Position numbers and translations under genes: made by a program
Origin: the human T2T-CHM13v2.0 reference genome, Homo sapiens
Assembly (NCBI RefSeq): GCF_009914755.1
Contig: NC_060932.1
Reading direction: 5' to 3' (one strand)
DNA: 64,000 bases
The notes under the pieces: model-generated
Databases searched by the model: none
Seen by the model: the letters and a program-made list of their open reading frames with translations, nothing else
Told to the model about the DNA's origin: nothing
Shown: in pieces, positions 59,879-64,000 of the stretch
Layout: each line of letters opens with the position of its first letter
How positions within the stretch are numbered: position 1 is the stretch's first letter

Positions 59879-60721
59879 TTAGTGGGATAATACAGGGGGG
59901 AGAAATAGGAGGAACCCAATGATGAAGATTACTGTTCCTACCAGCGTTTTAAATCCTCCTAAATTAGAGAACCACCCTCCTAGAAGCTTTATTGGGTCCC
60001 ATCCCTTCCAGGTTTGGGCTGGTACATGGGATACTTTTCTGATGTTTGAAGGGATTTCTAGTACTGCTTTTCTGTTATCGTCTATGTGAAGACAACAATT
60101 GGAGATATTAAACTTACCACAGACCCCACCTTCTGCTAATAAGTAGTCTAGTGGTAGCCTGTTTTGATAAATTGCCGTACTCATTTGGTTTTGTTGTTGC
60201 ACGAGCATTTCCAGGGCTGAGGCGGTTTGGTTAGTGATTATCTCTAGAACTGCCTGTAGTCTAATTATTCTATTTAGCATATATATGGGAGTGCGATAAC
60301 CCCATGAACCATCCTCAGCCCAAGTGGCAGGACTGTAATATTTGATGATCTCTGGCGGAGGCCATTTGTCCTGTTGCCATCTTTGGCTTCCTCCTACCTT
60401 TAAGGATCTTTTGTTGTTGTTGTTGTTGTTTAGGTTATTATATACAGGGACTCTGAGGGTGTTGCCCGCTGTTAAAATTTTGGAGGAAGGAGTAGCCTTG
60501 GGGGTGAGCTTGAGCCTGGTGTGATGGATCCAGTGGGGGAGTCCTTGGACTCTCACTGCAGTTGGCTTGCTGAGTATCACAGTGTAGGGGCCTGTCCACT
60601 TTGGTTGTAGGTTTTTGTGAGGGTCGAGTTGGCAGATAAACACGTCTGTGCCTGCAAGACAGTTATGTTGAGAGGACAAGGAGATGTTGACGGGGGAGAG
60701 GGGGTTGGGGCATGGCTTCAT
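59879..60721 (-). pseudogene. ERV integrase C-terminus / Env TM fusion ORF (280 aa from ATG); expression unknown
   Basis: [32 protein letters not shown] (GPY integrase tail) in frame with [29 protein letters not shown]...[24 protein letters not shown] and a hydrophobic anchor (ERV3/HERV-E-like TM). Confidence 0.8.
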
Positions 60722-60910
60722 TTCCTGCTTCACAAATGAAAGACTGTGTCTGGACTAAGGAGGGGAGGTAATTCCGGAGTGGCTCAGAGTCGGGTAAGGG
60801 TGGAGGCCCCAAGACAAAAGTTTGGCCATACATGATTCAAAGGGACTATGAAAAGAGGGTGCCTTTGGTGTTGTGCAGCGTCTCACAAGGGCAAAAGGGA
60901 GATAGTATGA

Positions 60911-61300
60911 TACAAGGCTTTTGTGTGGGTTTGAACCCCGAGAGCGCGACAACAGACAACACAAGACGGCGTGAAGCAACACACTATTTTAATGAGTGCC
61001 TGGGTGCAGACGGGCTGAGGCCTAAAATGGCATCAGCACCAAAAGGTGTCGGGGCAGGGGCTTTATAGTCTCCTGTAAACAGGAAGTGTCTCAATCTGAT
61101 GTAACTGCGACGCAGTACCCGGACGGCCTCTCTCTTGGTCTTCAGAGGGTATGTGTCTTCCGGCCAGCTCTCTTCCTGCTTCTGCTATCTTGCTGATGCA
61201 TGCTGCTGGTGCAAGTGGTCTTGAGCCTTGAGACTGGGCCTGAGAAGGGAGGAGTTATTCACCCTCTGCCCAGCTTCCAGGCCGCGGGGAAAGTCTTTCA
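60911..61300 (-). promoter_or_regulatory. 5' LTR
   Basis: Begins TGAAAGAC on the minus strand; TATAAA at 61067-61062, ATTAAA at about 60990. Confidence 0.85.
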
Positions 61301-62794
61301 ATTTTGTCACCCAGGTACTAGATTTAGTACCCAATAGTTATTTTTTTCTGATCTTCTTCCTCCTCCTGCCCTCCATCCTCAAGTAGGCCCCAGTGTTTCC
61401 TCTTTGTGTCCATGAGTTCTCATCATTTAACTCCCCCTTATAAGTGAGAACATACAGTATCTGGTTTTCTGTTCCTGTGTTAGCTTGCTAAAAATAATGG
61501 CCTCCAGCTCCATCCATGTTCCCACAAAAGACATGATCTTATTATTTTTTATGGCTGCATAGTATTCCATGGTGTACATGTATTACATTTTCTTTATCCA
61601 ATCTGTCATTGATGGGCATTTAGGTTGATTCCATGTTTTTGCTATAGTGAATAGAGCTGCAGTGAACACTTGTGTGCATGTGTCTTTATTGCAGAATGGT
61701 TATATACCCAATGGGTATATACACAGTAATGGGATTGCTGGGTCGAATGGCAGTTCTGTTTTTAGCTCTTTGAGGAATTGCCACACTGCTTTCCACAATG
61801 GTTGGACTAACTTATACTCCCACCAACAGTGTATAAGCATTCCCTTTTCTGAGAGGAGAGTTTCAAAGAGAAAGTAGTCTGAAGTATTGGTTGCTACAGA
61901 GTGACTAAAAAGAGGCTATATAAGGATTTGGCAGTTAGGAAATTGTAGCAAATCTTTACCAGGGTAACTTTACCTGCATTGTCAGGAAAGAGAGGCCAGT
62001 TACAGGGTTGGAAGTGAAGAAGCTGAGTTACGAGTAGAGGTTGTTCCATTAAGAAAATTGTCTTTGAAGCCATGCAGAGAGAAAGGTGAGTAGCTAGAAG
62101 GGGACACTGAGTTTGGGGGGATGGTTTTAGAAGTTAGAGTCTTGAACGTGTTTATCCATTGAGAAGCAGCCTGTGGAAAGGAAAGCTGAAGAGGTGAAGA
62201 GATGGAAAGGGATGGATTCTGGACCAGGGTTGGAGACATTAATCTGCAACAACAGGAAGAGCACATCTCCATCTGAAATTGTAAGAAAGGAAATAGATGT
62301 AAAAAGGTTTGTGTGTGTGTGAAAAGAAAACTTAGGAATTTTAAGTCCAATGACCTCAATTGCCCAGGTATGAAGAAAGCCATTTTCCAAGGTGAAGGAA
62401 CAAGAAAGGAGAGAAACAATGAAGGGCAGGCACTGGTTTTGACATCTGCTATGGACATGGAAGGAATGAAACTTGCAAAGTGGAACTAACTGGGCATGGA
62501 AAATGATTTGAGAAATCATAAATTAGCAGAGATGCCTATCAGCAGTCCAGAGGTCTAGAAGTCCTGCCCATTCTCACACCATTAAACCCAGTTCTGACAC
62601 ACTTTGAACCAGATCGTCTAATTCCTCAAAGCTCAGAGCGCCTTGTGCTCATGGGGTAAGTATTCAAATTAGATAAATTAATATAAAATCCATGCAAAAT
62701 GAGTATAGTAAAATCCTTTAATCTGTGGACTCTGCCAGCGGTGACTGAATGCAGGTTTTCCAGTATTAGGAGGATGCTGGCTGGCTGTTTAATG

Positions 62795-62960
62795 TCTTCA
62801 CCAAAGACTAGACAATGGGAAATGGGCTTAAATTGCAGCCAAGTTTCAATAAGGAAGGACGTTCTATGGAAGAGTAGCTAAACACGCTGATGGGCTCCGA
62901 GAGACTACAGAGAACAGCCTGCCCTGTGGAATACATATGTCTTAAGTGCTTTTGATCCAA
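62795..62960 (+). mobile_element. L3/CR1 3' fragment
   Basis: aatgggcttaaattgcagc...aaggaaggacgttct. Confidence 0.55.
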
Positions 62961-63319
62961 TCCTAGGAGCATAGTTTATTTGATTTCTTAAATACCCTTT
63001 TAGTGCTATGCCACTGTTGGATTTTAAGCAAAAAGGAATATATAGTAGCACAGCCCATATAATGGAGACAGCACATAGTACTTTTTTCTTTCTTTACTTT
63101 TTATTTTACTTTCTTCCATAATAGACACATTAGAGGTAACTTCTATGTAAAATTATCTGGACATTACATCAAAATAAGTCACATGTAATTATTAATTGTG
63201 TCATAGTCCCATCAAGTAAAAAAGATCCATAGACCCTCAATCCTCTATCTAGCCTTGTTGGTTATCACTAGCTTGATTAAAGGGAATGATACTCGTTTGT
63301 AAATGCATTTGGCAAACTT

Positions 63320-63960
63320 ACCCTGCTATTGTTTCCATTATTTTGCAAATTACAGACATTGAGATGAAGGCTCTGTAATTTCCTAGTGTTCTCTTTATTC
63401 CTGCTTGGAAAACTGGTATTGCCCTGGCATACTTCCACTTTGCTGTTATTTCATTTGAATACAGCAAATTCTTTATTATGATTAACAAAGACTTCTGCTC
63501 CATTCCTCTTTGAATATCAGTCTGCTCATGGAGATGTGTTGATTTTGAGCCGTGCTGTCTCCTTGAATCTCTCTGTTTCACTGATCTCAAAGATGTTCAA
63601 GACAACAGACACCCAAGTATTCCTAAATGACATGTTTTTTTGTGTGTTCTCCATTTTGAATTTGTTATACGTTTAGTAATTTTACCTTTGTCTGGAACTT
63701 TTGTCTGGAACCTTTTTCTCCTCTTCTTTAACTTGTCTAATTCGAAATGCCTCCTTCACTTATTACCTAAGAGCCTGAAAATATGCAAGTGGTCGGGTTT
63801 GGTAATCTTGCAATTTGTAAGCTTCTTTGCCCTTTCATATTTTGGGGTTTTTCTTCCTCATATATCTCTCTCAAGATTTTTGCTCAGTGCCAGGTACTTT
63901 GGGGGTATCTCGAGTAGGCAAATAGCTTTCCTTGAGCACTACACACTTCTAATCCATTAA
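63320..63960 (-). mobile_element. Ancient CR1-like LINE reverse transcriptase remnant
   Basis: KWKYARAIPVFQAGIKRTLGNYRAFISMSVICKIMETI resembles the CR1 RT motif WK.A.V.PIFKKG.K...GNYRP.SLTS...K.ME.I. Confidence 0.65.
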
Positions 63961-64000
63961 CTAATCATTGCACTGGAATCACATTTCCCAAAATCAGGCT

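Larger units (their letters stand above)
59259..61300 (-). mobile_element. Internally deleted class I ERV provirus, MER48/HERVH48-like (LTR - pol tail/env TM - LTR)
   Basis: Two ~390-bp direct repeats (59259-59649, 60911-61300), 5-bp TSD ATTTT, purine tract next to the 3' LTR, retroviral IN and TM motifs inside. Family name from recalled consensus. Confidence 0.9.
59161..61850 (-). mobile_element. Older L1PA/L1PB 3' fragment interrupted by the provirus
   Basis: ...tgttgtacagattatttt | gtcacccaggtacta... is contiguous antisense L1 3' UTR once 59259-61305 is removed. Confidence 0.88.

Overview
Primate (human or great ape) genomic DNA, mostly non-coding and repeat-rich (Alu, L1, L2, MIR, MaLR/ERV LTRs, DNA transposon fossils). 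The one cellular gene I recognise is ZNF704 on the minus strand, identified from recalled similarity to the N-terminus of mouse Zfp704/Gig1. Its CpG-island first exon (~22.8-24.2 kb) holds a 167-codon ATG-initiated coding segment (23625-23125) ending at a phase-0 donor, so 1-23124 is intron 1 and the rest is upstream/intergenic DNA. Best leads: (1) the long acidic, Pro-rich ZNF704 N-terminal extension, with an upstream (GGC)6GGA(GGC)2 repeat read as polyAla in a uORF and as polyGly in the main frame; (2) a 2-kb MER48-like provirus nested in an L1, with an open 280-codon integrase-tail/Env-TM fusion ORF; (3) a perfect 36-bp-arm hairpin probably made by template switching; (4) two ~100-bp local templated duplications; (5) a (GGAA)12 microsatellite near the promoter and an orphan CpG-rich element at ~43.5 kb. 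Repeat subfamily names and boundaries are by eye and approximate. Most ORFs in the supplied track are repeat-derived or chance.
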